From the NCBI GenBank assembly GCA_041440805.1, contig JASDVF010000016.1, positions 7,138 to 71,137 of the forward strand: DNA of 64,000 nucleotides, written 5' to 3'. The first letter of the stretch is position 1; each line of letters opens with the position of its first letter. The stretch comes from Myxococcota bacterium (GTDB lineage: Bacteria > Myxococcota_A > UBA9160 > UBA4427). A program made the translations under genes and the position numbers. The notes under the pieces were generated by a model. That model did no database searches. It was not told where the DNA came from and saw only the letters and a program-made list of their open reading frames with translations. Of this stretch, positions 1 through 8,837 are shown piece after piece.

Positions 1-537
1 GCGACAGATGAGCCAGCGGATGCAGTGGTGACATGCGTGGGCGGTGTGAGTGTCGGGATCGTGACCGCGGATTGCGTGCCGATTCTCGTCGCTAGTGAGA
101 ACGGCGTTGGCGTGGCAGCTATTCACGCCGGCTGGCGAGGACTCGCCGCGGGTGTGATCGAGGCGGGCGTCGAGAAGCTTCGCGCCGAAGCCGGTCAAAG
201 GAGTCTTGTCGCCGCAATTGGACCGGCGGCTCGCGGGTGCTGTTACGAAATCGATGAGCCGGTTTGGCTCGGGTTGGGCGCACGATATGGGGTAGCGCTA
301 GAGGACGAAGCGATCCTTCGTCCGACCGAGCCAGGGCATGCGATGTTGGATCTGGCGGCTCTGGCGGCTCGCGCACTCGAGAAATGTGGCTTAAAGACAA
401 CGAAAATTGGTTATACCCATTGTCTATGCACGATTTGCTCCCCCGATCGTTTCGAGTCGTTCAGGCGAGACGGGGCGACCGCCGGCCGGCTACGGCACTA
501 CATCCGTTCGAAAGCGGCCAGTTTCGGGCAGGGTTGA
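1..537 (+). CDS. pgeF: Peptidoglycan editing factor PgeF/YfiH (DUF152 laccase-domain protein), C-terminal part; the 5' end lies outside the window
   Basis: The frame is open from nt 1. Motifs GIVTADCVPILV, IHAGWRG and CTICSPDRFESFRRDG are typical of the YfiH/DUF152 family. Confidence 0.8.
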   Translation, partial: ATDEPADAVVTCVGGVSVGIVTADCVPILVASENGVGVAAIHAGWRGLAAGVIEAGVEKLRAEAGQRSLVAAIGPAARGCCYEIDEPVWLGLGARYGVALEDEAILRPTEPGHAMLDLAALAARALEKCGLKTTKIGYTHCLCTICSPDRFESFRRDGATAGRLRHYIRSKAASFGQG

Positions 538-837
538 CAGTCTCAGGGGGCCCCCGTAGATTATTTTCGATCACCAGCGCCGGCTCCCCCGCCGGATCGC
601 TTCCGCCGAAGCCGACCCGAATTTTTCTTGAATTCCGCTCCACGCCAGGATTGGATTCTCGTCGGGTCGCTAGGCAACCGAGAACTTTCCTTATATTTCG
701 GACCAGTCACGTCGATGGGCTCAATGTGCCCCCCCAATGCTTCATTTGGTTTCGCTTAGCGAGCTGCAAAGCTAGAGGGCCGCGACAAGCGGCAGCGTCG
801 TTGGATTCAGGTTCCCCGCTCGATTGAGCGTGCCCCT

Positions 838-1193
838 GAGCCCGATATTCGTGCAGAAGGCGATCCGAAGGCCAGTCCAAGCTTCCCAAGCACCCGTTCC
901 CTTTTGTTCCAGTCCGGAGACCTTCGCGGGATTCTCGCGACGAGTTCCTTACTGCCAATCGCCTGAGCGAATTGCGATCCAGCACTTCGCCCATTTTCCC
1001 CAGATTTACCCGTGCCGCTCAAGGCGCCTCCCGCCAAATTTCTCGACGATTCAGCCCGACGATCCCGCAGCGGATCGAAACCGTTCCAACCACGGCGTCG
1101 TTCGAGTCCCTCAAATCCCCCGGACCACTTTAAGAATCCCACTGATGAAGATCCCCAGAACGATCAGACACTCGATCAGAAGAGAGATGCCAC
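838..1193 (+). promoter_or_regulatory. Long C-rich, G-poor 5' leader of rho (rut-like, possible autoregulatory attenuator)
   Basis: There is a 656-nt gap between pgeF and rho. Hand counts over 961-1140 give about 2:1 C over G on the + strand. All ORFs here are Pro/Ser/Arg-rich shadow frames. Confidence 0.35.
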
Positions 1194-2717
1194 GTGAGTA
1201 GCGAGCACCGCGCACCCGACTCGAAAGACGGCGGAGGATCCCAGCAGAATCGCAATCGACGCGGTCGGGGTCGTCGGTCCCGCAACTCCGGTGGAAGCGG
1301 CAGTAGCAGTGGGAGTGGCAGTGGGAGTGGCGGCGGTGGCGGCAATCGCGGCAACCGTGGCGGTGGTGGTGGCGGCGGCGAAGCGAAGCGCGACTACCTG
1401 CCGAGCGATGCGGAGTTGGCTGAGGAAGAAGCCTCGCTTGATGCCCAGCTCGACGACGGTGCGGAAACGATCGTTGTTAGTGAGCTTAAGGCGAAGACGA
1501 TGCCAGGGCTGGCCGAAATGGCCGCTGAGATGGACGTCGAAAATTCCGGTGGTCTTCGCAAGCAGGATTTGATCTTCGCGATCTTGAAGTCCCAGACAGA
1601 AAAGCGCGGCAAGATTTTCGCCGAAGGCGTACTCGAAATTCTTCAAGATGGCTTTGGCTTCCTGCGCGCTCCGGACCAGAACTATCTAGCGGGTCCAGAC
1701 GACATCTACGTATCGCCGTCGCAGATTCGACGATTCAATCTTCGGACCGGGGACTCTGTAGAAGGTCACGTGCGACCGCCGAAGGAAGGCGAACGCTATT
1801 TCGCGCTTTTGAAAGTCTCGACGATCAACTTCGATGACCCTAAGAAGGCGAAACAGAAGATCCTCTTCGACAGCCTCACCCCTCTTTACCCCGAAGAGAA
1901 GTTCAAGCTCGAGACGAAGACCGGCGGCATGACGACGCGGATCGTCGACTTGATTGCGCCGATCGGAAAGGGCCAACGCGCCCTGATCACGTCGCCGCCT
2001 AAGGCCGGTAAGACCATGTTGTTGAAGGATATCGCGAACGCGATCGCCGAAGGCAATCCCGAGGTCTACCTGATCGTCCTACTGATAGACGAGCGGCCGG
2101 AAGAAGTGACGGACATGCAAAGGACTGTGAAGGCTGAGGTGATTTCCTCGACCTTCGACGAGCCGGCGACGCGTCACGTGCAGGTCGCCGACATGGTGAT
2201 CGCGAAGGCCAAGCGACTTGTTGAGCACGGTCGCGACGTCGTGATTTTGCTCGACTCGATTACGCGACTCGCCCGTGCGCATAATACGGTCGTGCCCCAC
2301 TCAGGAAAGATTTTGTCTGGTGGTGTCGACTCGAACGCACTGCATAAGCCGAAGCGATTCTTTGGTGCCGCACGAAACGTGGAAGAGGGCGGCAGCCTGA
2401 CGATTGTCGGAACCGCTTTGATCGACACCGGCTCGCGAATGGACGAAGTCATCTTCGAAGAATTCAAAGGCACAGGCAATTGCGAAATCGTGCTCGACCG
2501 AAAGCTGGCCGATCGTCGGACCTACCCGGCCATGGATATCAATCGCTCCGCGACTCGTCGTGAAGAACTGTTGATGGACGAAAAAACACTCAATCGTATG
2601 TACATCCTGCGGAAGGTGCTCTCGCCACTCTCGCCCGTCGACTCCATGGAGTTCTTGATGGGTAAGATCGAGCAGACCGATGACAACGATGCCTTCTTGG
2701 AGTCGATGAACTCCTAA
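1194..2717 (+). CDS. rho: Transcription termination factor Rho, with a Gly/Ser/Arg-rich N-terminal low-complexity extension
   Basis: GTG start. Contains the FGFLR RNA-binding OB motif, Walker [19 protein letters not shown], and the C-terminal [25 protein letters not shown]. Confidence 0.95.
   Translation: MSSEHRAPDSKDGGGSQQNRNRRGRGRRSRNSGGSGSSSGSGSGSGGGGGNRGNRGGGGGGGEAKRDYLPSDAELAEEEASLDAQLDDGAETIVVSELKAKTMPGLAEMAAEMDVENSGGLRKQDLIFAILKSQTEKRGKIFAEGVLEILQDGFGFLRAPDQNYLAGPDDIYVSPSQIRRFNLRTGDSVEGHVRPPKEGERYFALLKVSTINFDDPKKAKQKILFDSLTPLYPEEKFKLETKTGGMTTRIVDLIAPIGKGQRALITSPPKAGKTMLLKDIANAIAEGNPEVYLIVLLIDERPEEVTDMQRTVKAEVISSTFDEPATRHVQVADMVIAKAKRLVEHGRDVVILLDSITRLARAHNTVVPHSGKILSGGVDSNALHKPKRFFGAARNVEEGGSLTIVGTALIDTGSRMDEVIFEEFKGTGNCEIVLDRKLADRRTYPAMDINRSATRREELLMDEKTLNRMYILRKVLSPLSPVDSMEFLMGKIEQTDDNDAFLESMNS
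1291..1379 (+). repeat. GGN/AGY trinucleotide low-complexity tract (includes the 12-mer gggagtggcagt repeated about 1.75 times), encoding [29 protein letters not shown] of Rho
   Basis: Read directly from the sequence. It lies in frame inside rho. Confidence 0.7.
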
Positions 2718-2738
2718 CCGCGGACCGCTGGCATCTTC

Positions 2739-3488
2739 TTGGAATCTCTTCTCGACGCAGTCGGTATTTCGGGGTTCGCTTTCGCGCTGATTTTCGCGGC
2801 CGCATTCCTTGGGGCGCTCGTGCAAGGCTCAATCGGTTTCGGATTGAATCTAATCGTCGTGCCGGCGATCGCCCTGTTTCGGCCTGAGGCGCTGCCCGGG
2901 GCGGCGGTCGTTCTGGCGCTGCCTATGACGTTCGGGAGTGCCGCGCGCGAATGGGCGCATGTCGATCAGAGTGCGCTGTTATGGGCGACGTTCGGTCGAC
3001 TTCCGGGGATCGGAATCGGCATCTGGATCGTGACTACGCTTGATGCCGAGGCGCTTGCGCTCGCGATTGGTGCAATGGTGATCTTCGCCGTCGTGATGAG
3101 TCTGGCTTCGCCAACGATTCAGATCACGCGCTCGTCGCAAGCGGCCGCGGGTTTTATGGGTGGAGTGATGGGGACATCATCCTCGATCGGTGGCCCTCCG
3201 CTTGCTCTCCTATATCAGCATTCAGCAGGCCCGATCATTCGTTCGACGTTAGGTGCGGCGTTTTTGATAGGAACGGCGCTTTCGCTGATTGCGCTCCTCG
3301 CGGCGGGCGAAATCGGGCGTCTCCATTGGCAGCTGGGTTTCGCGCTGGTACCCGGGGTGTTGCTCGGCCTTTGGGCGAGTCGGTATTTACACGGCTGGTT
3401 GGATCGCGGCTGGATTCGGCCCTGCGTTCTGATCTTGTGCGGCGTGGCGGGCCTTGCTGTGGTCGTAGGCGGCCTGAACAAGCTTTAG
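2739..3488 (+). CDS. TauE/SafE (DUF81) family anion/sulfite exporter membrane protein
   Basis: Multi-TM hydrophobic protein with LGALVQGSIGFG and GGVMGTSSSIGGPPLALLY motifs typical of DUF81. Non-ATG start. Confidence 0.7.
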   Translation: MESLLDAVGISGFAFALIFAAAFLGALVQGSIGFGLNLIVVPAIALFRPEALPGAAVVLALPMTFGSAAREWAHVDQSALLWATFGRLPGIGIGIWIVTTLDAEALALAIGAMVIFAVVMSLASPTIQITRSSQAAAGFMGGVMGTSSSIGGPPLALLYQHSAGPIIRSTLGAAFLIGTALSLIALLAAGEIGRLHWQLGFALVPGVLLGLWASRYLHGWLDRGWIRPCVLILCGVAGLAVVVGGLNKL

Positions 3489-3540
3489 TGTGAAGAGCGT
3501 GGGTCCAGCTTTTTAGATCCTATTGAGAAGGAGAGATCGG

Positions 3541-3978
3541 GTGTCTTTAGGTATCAAGGCGTTATGTATTGCGATTGGCGCGACGACTTTGCTCGCGTGC
3601 GCAACCGGTACCACACGGGTCGCGCCCGCGGCGCTCGACTGGGATTCAGCGGACGAGCGATGGTCGATTCATGTCGTCACGGTGGACGAGGACGGGGCGG
3701 ATCGCGTGACGCGAATTTGGATGGCGATGCACGACGGAGACGGTGTCTTTCGTACGAACGACAGTCGCTGGTGGGCCAACCTGAGCCGGGATGCCCGAAT
3801 CAGAGTCCGCACGAATGGACTCGATCATCCGTTCAGCGTTGAGTTCGTCGACGATGCCCCAGGCCGCGTGGCGATTGACGAGGTCTTTCTTCAAAAGTAT
3901 GGCGGGTGGGAAAAGGTGATGTTCTCGCAAGCGCGCGGAGAAACTCACGACCATTACGGCCGGCTTGTCGCCGACTGA
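3541..3978 (+). CDS. Lipoprotein related to the DUF385 / deazaflavin-dependent nitroreductase-like split-barrel family
   Basis: AAGGAGAG Shine-Dalgarno sequence precedes the GTG at 3541. Signal peptide with lipobox LLAC. SRWWANLSRDARIRVRTNG resembles the P-x-WY-x-NL...v-v motif of PF04075. Confidence 0.5.
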   Translation: MSLGIKALCIAIGATTLLACATGTTRVAPAALDWDSADERWSIHVVTVDEDGADRVTRIWMAMHDGDGVFRTNDSRWWANLSRDARIRVRTNGLDHPFSVEFVDDAPGRVAIDEVFLQKYGGWEKVMFSQARGETHDHYGRLVAD

Positions 3979-4103
3979 TTTCGGCCAAACGCCTCTGGCG
4001 GACCGCGCTTATGCCTTGAGGTCCGCTCGCATGCCGGCGACCCGCACGCATATCAGCGGGCTGTACGCATACCGGCGGGGCCCGTACTCAGAGAACGATG
4101 CGA

Positions 4104-4520
4104 CTAGCTCTTTGGGTCGAGACGCAAGAAGTAGCGCGGCGGGAAACCCGTGATGAAGCGGAACGCGAAGGGATGAGCATGTGCTTCCTGGAGCCGTTCG
4201 TCCTCGGCACCTGAAATAGCAACCGCGGTATACGCGCCGCGCGGGCCGTCGCCGCCTTCGAGTGCGACCTCGACGTTCGGGTTGCCAAGAGCCTCGTTGT
4301 ACCAAGCGCGAGGCCAATGATTGGCGCTCACGAAAATCTGTTCACCGTCGTTGATACGTGCCAGCACTCGGTCGTTCGCGACACCGTCATCTCCCGTGGT
4401 CACGATCGTGAGGACGACGCCCTGCTCGGGCTGCAGGAAACCGAGCATCGCTTCGAAAGCGACGACGAGGCCGGCGTAACCGATCAGGACACCGATGAGA
4501 ATTTTTGCGGGCTTGGGCAT
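4104..4520 (-). CDS. DUF385 / nitroreductase-quinone reductase-like protein with an N-terminal membrane anchor
   Basis: Start chosen at MPKPAKILIGVLIGYAG (ATG at 4520). HWPRAWYNEALGNPNVEVALEGG matches the family signature. It is a paralogue of 3541-3978. Confidence 0.55.
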   Translation of the reverse strand: MPKPAKILIGVLIGYAGLVVAFEAMLGFLQPEQGVVLTIVTTGDDGVANDRVLARINDGEQIFVSANHWPRAWYNEALGNPNVEVALEGGDGPRGAYTAVAISGAEDERLQEAHAHPFAFRFITGFPPRYFLRLDPKS

Positions 4521-4617
4521 GAGGTTGCTCCGGTAGATGAGGGGCTGCGCCGAAGGACTCGACCGACACAGAAATGCAACGCTGGCGCGTCCACTGCACC
4601 GCCCCCCCCGGCAGCGA

Positions 4618-5244
4618 TTAGTTTTGTGTCGAGGGAAGCGGAGCCTCTCGACTGAGGTAGCGCGTGAGCCCAGCATAGTAGAGCGGGCCCATTAAGAGCC
4701 ATGCGACCTGCCCCTGGAAGGTGATCGTGCGGCCATTGAATTCGAAGAGCGTCGGGTTCAGCCAAGGTCCAGTGGGGACGAGTGGCGCCCAGGAGAGTGG
4801 CTTCCCCCCGGCAAGCTGGTCGTGGTACAGGAACATCTCGACCAGGATGTTCTGGCTGAGAAACAAGAACATGAAGAGCGCAAAGGCACCCCAATGCCAC
4901 TTACGCAGGATCTGGCCGCTACGGCCGAACGCAAGCCACACGACCCAAGTCGCGAGGAGGCAAATCGACCCGGCATCCGCGAGAGAGTTGAGCACCCAGT
5001 TCAGATGCATCGGAATCGCATCATTGAGCGCGGCTGCGCGTCGCACTTCTACGGACTCGCCCGCAAGCCAGCCATACGTGAACCACAACTCCCATCCGAG
5101 AGCGCACGCAAGAAAGGCAGCACCGTAGACCTTCGGAACCCAAGCCGGGAAGACTCCCCGACGCGTGAGCAGAGGAATGAAAAGCAGCGGGAGCAAGGCG
5201 CTTGTATAGACGACTACTATGACGCGAAGATGTTCAGCGGACAT
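4618..5244 (-). CDS. Hypothetical integral membrane protein (about 5-6 TM)
   Basis: Trp/Leu/Phe-rich hydrophobic segments and a coding-like composition. I recognise no family. Confidence 0.5.
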   Translation of the reverse strand: MSAEHLRVIVVVYTSALLPLLFIPLLTRRGVFPAWVPKVYGAAFLACALGWELWFTYGWLAGESVEVRRAAALNDAIPMHLNWVLNSLADAGSICLLATWVVWLAFGRSGQILRKWHWGAFALFMFLFLSQNILVEMFLYHDQLAGGKPLSWAPLVPTGPWLNPTLFEFNGRTITFQGQVAWLLMGPLYYAGLTRYLSREAPLPSTQN

Positions 5245-5527
5245 GGGCTAGTCGCTTCGTCGTGGCGGGAGTCGTCTCGTGAACGTACTTGTTAGGTATT
5301 CCGATGGAAGTCATGCCTTCTCGAGTTCGCCGTAGAAGCCGTCGACCCGTTCGGTAAGGCCTCGGCCATCGAGCGTCGCCTCGAGTCAGCGGTTCACCAG
5401 CTGCCTGAATAATCCGGTCGTACCGGTAGCGCCTGCAATACCCGTCGATGTTGCTTGGGTCCCGCTCGTTCCACATGCGCAGGTAGTGCTGCATGGGTTC
5501 GGGAATACCGGTCGGGGGCTCGTACAT
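5234..5527 (-). CDS. Small hypothetical ORF, possibly a frame-disrupted remnant (the N-terminus MQHYLRMWNERDPSNIDG looks NTF2/SnoaL-like)
   Basis: Strong AAGGAGAG Shine-Dalgarno sequence 6 nt before the ATG at 5527. After about 30 codons the product becomes Arg-rich and non-protein-like, while an alternative frame reads LEATLDGRGLTERVDGFYGELEKA. Confidence 0.25.
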   Translation of the reverse strand: MYEPPTGIPEPMQHYLRMWNERDPSNIDGYCRRYRYDRIIQAAGEPLTRGDARWPRPYRTGRRLLRRTREGMTSIGIPNKYVHETTPATTKRLAHVR

Positions 5528-5583
5528 GACTCTCCTTAACACAGCTAAGCCGCGTGGGTATCGGTCAGGCTGCGGGACGCGGA

Positions 5584-5892
5584 TTACTCCTCGACATACT
5601 CGCCGTCCTCTTCGTCCTCGTCGTACTCCGCATTGGATTCGTACACTTCGAGCAGAGTAGAGACCGCGATTCCCTCGATCGTCATGCCCTCGAGGTTGCA
5701 GTCGACGATTTTGACCTCTTCTAAACTGGCGTCGGTGAACGTGGCGCCGCGCAGGTCGACGTCGCGAAACGTTGCCCCCTCAAGCGTCGAGTCGTGGAAT
5801 TGGACTCGCGAGAGATCGGCGTCTTCAAAGCTCGAATCCGAGAGGTTGACATCTTTTGCCGTGATTTTTTCGGCAGTGTCATTCAGCTCCAT
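5584..5892 (-). CDS. Pentapeptide-repeat protein with an acidic C-terminal tail
   Basis: Tandem A(D/N)LXX-type repeats: DLSRVQFHDSTLEGATFRDVDLRGATFTDASLEEV. The tail reads EYDEDEEDGEYVEE. Confidence 0.8.
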   Translation of the reverse strand: MELNDTAEKITAKDVNLSDSSFEDADLSRVQFHDSTLEGATFRDVDLRGATFTDASLEEVKIVDCNLEGMTIEGIAVSTLLEVYESNAEYDEDEEDGEYVEE

Positions 5893-6529
5893 CTAAGGCT
5901 CCTGTAAATAGTGGTGTGCCGGTTTCAATTCAGCCTAGCAGCGATCCGCGCTCGGCTCCGCACCCCGTGATGATCTGCATGCGTGCCCGGTGGGTGGCTA
6001 CTGGCCGAGGCGTGTGCCTAGGGAGGCGTCGTTCCAAATCGCTTCGTCGTGCGCTCGCGCGCCTTGGCCGCTTCGATTTCCCGGTCCCAGGGAGTCGTCG
6101 GGCTCGTCACATAAGCTCTCGAAGAGATCACAGATCTGCGCGCCCTCCAACCTTCGACTCGGATGCGTGAGCCCCCGTGGCAGTCAGGTCGAGCCCGCTG
6201 TATCCGGGGATCAAATTCTCTTGCGCAGGGCAATATTCTCCGACGTCGAGGCCGAGCACATTGAATAGTCATGACGAGGCGGTTCAATCTGCTGGGAGTC
6301 CCAACCCCGGTTCAAGCCTACTCTCACTGTGCCGGGAGCCGAGAGCACACGTTCGCGTCCTTGCACCCTCAGCCGGTCGCGATTAGCCTCTGCCCATCTT
6401 GACCCCGCCGCCGCGGAAACCCCCGAGAATCCAAACGATTTGGTGCTCTCGGGACCTGCTGGCCGGTCCATTTTTCCTCTCCGTCGTCGGTTTCGACCGC
6501 TTCGACACGCACCCACACCGAGCATTTCT

Positions 6530-7630
6530 GTGGCCGACTTTCTTGAACGTATCGCCGAAGCCGAGGCTCGCTCCCGCGACCTCGAAATGCAGCTCTCCGA
6601 TCCCGCTGTGGGGAAGGAGCAAGGTGCGATCGAGAAGCTAGGGAAGCGCTTGGGATCGCTGCGTCCACTGATCGAGGTTGGCGCGCGATACAAGGCCGCG
6701 ATGGGGGAGTTCGACGACGCGAAAGCCATGCTCGAGGACGATGATCCCGACATGCAGGAGCTTGCCCGCGACGATCTGGCTCGGCTCGAAGTCTTGGTTC
6801 CGGAGCTCGAGACGGAGCTTCGCGTGTTGTTGACGCCGAAGGACCCGAACGACGAGAAAAACGCGATCTTTGAGATCCGAGCCGGGACCGGTGGCGATGA
6901 AGCGGCGCTCTTCGCGGCGGTTCTTTTCCGGATGTATACGCGTTATGCGGAGGATCTCGGCTGGCGAATCGATGTGCTGTCCTCTTCAGAAACGGACGGT
7001 GGCGGCTTTAAAGAAGTGATCGCCTCGATTACGGGAACTGACGTATTCAGCCGTTTTAAGTACGAAAAGGGCGTACATCGCGTTCAGCGTGTCCCCTCGA
7101 CCGAAAGCCAAGGCCGCATTCACACGTCGACGGTCACGGTTGCTGTGATGCCCGAGGCCGAAGAAGTCGACATCGACATCAAGAACGAAGAGCTTCGAAT
7201 CGATGTGATGCGCGCGGGCGGACCCGGGGGCCAGAGCGTCAATACGACGGATTCGGCGGTGCGCATAACGCATCTTCCGAGTGGCCTCGTGGTGCAGTGC
7301 CAGGATGAAAAATCGCAGCACAAGAACAAGGCCAAGGCGATGACAGTTTTGCGCTCGCGGCTGTACGATCAGGAACAGGACCGCTTGAATGCCGCGCGCT
7401 CAAGCGAGCGCCGTGCGCAGGTCGGGACCGGCGAACGAAGCGAAAAGATTCGTACCTACAATTTCCCGCAGACCCGCGTGACGGATCATCGTGCCGGCGT
7501 CACGCTCCATAAACTCGACCAGGTTTTGGCAGGTGAAATGGGCGAGTTGCTGGATGCCGTTCACGCGCAGATCGCGGCGGCGAAGGAAGGCGAACTTGAG
7601 GCCGGGGCCGGGCTGGGCGCTTCGTCGTGA
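6530..7630 (+). CDS. prfA: Peptide chain release factor 1
   Basis: GGQ motif (RAGGPGGQSVNTT) and the RF1-type PxT tripeptide (VPSTES). An in-frame GTG at 6530 gives about 366 aa, the normal RF1 length. The longer ORF from 6329 adds a non-conserved Pro/Arg-rich extension. Confidence 0.9.
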   Translation: MADFLERIAEAEARSRDLEMQLSDPAVGKEQGAIEKLGKRLGSLRPLIEVGARYKAAMGEFDDAKAMLEDDDPDMQELARDDLARLEVLVPELETELRVLLTPKDPNDEKNAIFEIRAGTGGDEAALFAAVLFRMYTRYAEDLGWRIDVLSSSETDGGGFKEVIASITGTDVFSRFKYEKGVHRVQRVPSTESQGRIHTSTVTVAVMPEAEEVDIDIKNEELRIDVMRAGGPGGQSVNTTDSAVRITHLPSGLVVQCQDEKSQHKNKAKAMTVLRSRLYDQEQDRLNAARSSERRAQVGTGERSEKIRTYNFPQTRVTDHRAGVTLHKLDQVLAGEMGELLDAVHAQIAAAKEGELEAGAGLGASS

Positions 7631-8718
7631 GTTCGGGGGATTCAAATTCGCCCTCCTCTTCCCCCGCCTCCTCCCCCCCCGCCTCGCAATCGGGCGCGGG
7701 TGGCGACGCTGTGGCTGACCCCTCGATTCCGCGAGCACAGCCCGCTACGTCTCTATCGAACCCGCCGGTTTCAAAGGGTGCGGAGAAGGACGAAGAATCT
7801 GCTCCGGGCCAGGATGATCCGTGGACCGTGCTTCGTTTGCTGACCTGGACGACCGACTACTTCAAACGCGCTGGAATCGACTCGGCCCGGCTTGATGCGG
7901 AAGTGCTGCTGGCCCATTCGCTCGATGTGGATCGCCTGCGCCTCTATATAGACCATGAGAAACCGGTTGAGGCTAAGGAGCGCGATAGCTACCGAGCCCT
8001 GGTACAGCGCCGGGCGAGGGATCGTGTTCCGGTGTCGCAGCTTCTTGGGGAGCGAGAATTCTGGTCGCTGTCGTTCAAAGTGACCTCGGACGTGCTCACA
8101 CCGCGCCCCGAGACCGAGACGCTGGTGGAATGGGCGCTTTCCAAGGCGAAGGCCGCGACGCGCAACGGGGAGGCACAAGTTGCCGATTCTGAAGCGACCC
8201 TCCGGATTGTGGATATCGGGACGGGGTCGGGGGCAATAGCCCTCTCTTTGGCGTCAGAGCTTTCCTACGCTGAGGTGACAGCAACGGATCTCTCGAAGGC
8301 AGCACTTCAGATTGCGACGGAAAATGCCGATGTTTTGCGTATGGGAGAGAGGGTCCGCTTCGTTGAAGGCGATCTTTTCGAACCGCTGGCAAACGAGGTT
8401 TTTGATCTGATCGTTTCGAACCCGCCCTACGTGGCGCGCCGGGACGAGGGGTCTTTGCCTCCGGAGCTGTCACATGAACCCGAGATGGCCCTGTTTTCAG
8501 GGACGGACGGGCTCGACGTGATTCGGCGGTTGGTATCGAAAGCGAGCGATCATCTTTCCCCCGGCGGCTGGCTCGGAATCGAGTTGTCGCCGGAACAAGC
8601 AGATGAAGTTGAGCAGGCACTTTCGGGTGCAGGATTTGTTGAAGTCGAGCGGAGGTTCGATCTGGCGAGTCGGCCGAGGGTGGTCGCCGCCCGAAAGCCA
8701 TTGGACGAAACGAGCTAA
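7627..8718 (+). CDS. prmC: Release-factor glutamine N5-methyltransferase PrmC/HemK with a roughly 65-aa Ser/Pro/Ala-rich N-terminal extension (start uncertain)
   Basis: NPPY motif (LIVSNPPYV) and SAM-binding motif VDIGTGSGAIAL. GTGA overlap with the prfA stop. The prfA-prmC order is canonical. Confidence 0.85.
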   Translation: MSSGDSNSPSSSPASSPPASQSGAGGDAVADPSIPRAQPATSLSNPPVSKGAEKDEESAPGQDDPWTVLRLLTWTTDYFKRAGIDSARLDAEVLLAHSLDVDRLRLYIDHEKPVEAKERDSYRALVQRRARDRVPVSQLLGEREFWSLSFKVTSDVLTPRPETETLVEWALSKAKAATRNGEAQVADSEATLRIVDIGTGSGAIALSLASELSYAEVTATDLSKAALQIATENADVLRMGERVRFVEGDLFEPLANEVFDLIVSNPPYVARRDEGSLPPELSHEPEMALFSGTDGLDVIRRLVSKASDHLSPGGWLGIELSPEQADEVEQALSGAGFVEVERRFDLASRPRVVAARKPLDETS

Positions 8719-8837
8719 AACGGGCCAGGGTCTGGTTCTAACGAGAATATTCAAGACGGCACTGTTAGGTCAGGCCGTCGCCGCGAGCGGGTACTGCGCC
8801 TTGGCGTAACTCGACGTGACAGGAAGTAGGTAAGAGT

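Noticed and set aside
5916-6328. Possible small genes or a toxin-antitoxin pair in the roughly 640-nt gap between the pentapeptide gene and prfA (ORFs 5916-6170, 5990-6268 and 6018-6287).
   Set aside because: All frames give Arg/Pro/Ser-rich products with no Shine-Dalgarno sequences or recognisable motifs. I could not support any coding or RNA feature here.
6329-6529. A 67-codon 5' extension of the prfA ORF, together with the overlapping ORFs 6211-6753(-), 6369-6668(-) and 6399-6641(+).
   Set aside because: The extension is Pro/Arg/Ser-rich and absent from RF1 proteins. The in-frame GTG at 6530 gives the canonical length.
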